This document shows positions 63,573 through 64,000 of a stretch of 64,000 bases of DNA, piece by piece. Each line of letters opens with the position of its first letter. The stretch's first letter is position 1. Under the pieces are notes generated by a model that had not been told where the DNA came from, ran no database searches, and saw only the letters and a program-made list of their open reading frames with translations. Made by a program: the position numbers and the translations under genes. This stretch comes from Albugo candida (taxonomy: Eukaryota): the NCBI GenBank assembly GCA_040437565.1, contig JBDOQK010000029.1, positions 248,001-312,000 on the forward strand, in the 5' to 3' direction.

Positions 63573-64000
63573 TTACACGTCGATGTTGTTGCTGCGGTAT
63601 TGATACGCGTCGTACTGTCGTGTGCCCCAAGCATTATAGCTTTTGCGGATCAGAGCGTCCACATGCTGTTCGAGTTGGTACCGACTTTGGAATTTCCGCA
63701 AACGTTGTTTCAAATCACAAATTATCTTTTCCAATTGACGACAACGCGATTTGCTTCCACGGAAGCACGCAAATGTTGAATTTTGTCCGGTCAATTGTAA
63801 CAGAGTCAGAATTTCCCGCTGATGTTTCTGCAGTGCAATCAATCCATCCGCAAGCAACGTTCGGAAGCGCTGGAACCCCATAGAAGTAAGACCGCCCATC
63901 ACCTGAACCATTTCACTCGTCAATTTGAACGGAGCATCTTCCAAACTAAATGCTCGTCCTGGCGCGATTCCAAGAATAAATCCAAAATCAATGTGAATTA
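63573..64000 (-). CDS. Type III phosphatidylinositol 4-kinase, 3' end (continues beyond the window)
   Basis: IHIDFGFILGIAPG...EDAPFKLTSEMVQVMGG...TRQYDAYQYRSNNIDV*. Confidence 0.92.
   Translation of the reverse strand, partial: IHIDFGFILGIAPGRAFSLEDAPFKLTSEMVQVMGGLTSMGFQRFRTLLADGLIALQKHQREILTLLQLTGQNSTFACFRGSKSRCRQLEKIICDLKQRLRKFQSRYQLEQHVDALIRKSYNAWGTRQYDAYQYRSNNIDV

Overview
This is eukaryotic draft-assembly sequence, almost certainly from an oomycete. The compact genes, short (~45-80 nt) GT-AG introns, PL3 pectate lyases and RxLR-like secreted proteins suggest an Albugo-type biotroph, but the genus is an inference. There are 19 fixed 100-N gaps, many flanked by identical duplicated contig ends that are probably artefacts. 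Bases 1-6 kb hold decayed retroelements (L1-like LINE, possible Copia end). Bases 6-44 kb are gene-dense: membrane-type thioredoxin, PKA-like kinase, Mis18, IMP peptidase, alpha-carbonic anhydrase, a Rab-like GTPase fused to an SH2 domain, an IQ/PX protein, a CDV3-like protein, a class-V PLP enzyme, two convergent PL3 pectate lyases enclosing a small secreted Cys-rich gene, DPM1, PH-C2-INPP4, a two-domain nucleotidyl cyclase and ALG9. Bases 44-60 kb are a gene-sparse, TE-invaded island with a tandem family of five co-oriented secreted Pro-rich genes (three open where visible, two pseudogenes). These share signal peptide + R/QxLR + WS(P), and two carry independently expanded PCPE repeats. Bases 60-64 kb hold Elongin C, an acyl-CoA dehydrogenase and the 3' end of a PI4-kinase. 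The best candidates for something new are the RxLR-like PCPE-repeat cluster and the GTPase-SH2 fusion. All gene models were spliced by eye and no searches were run.
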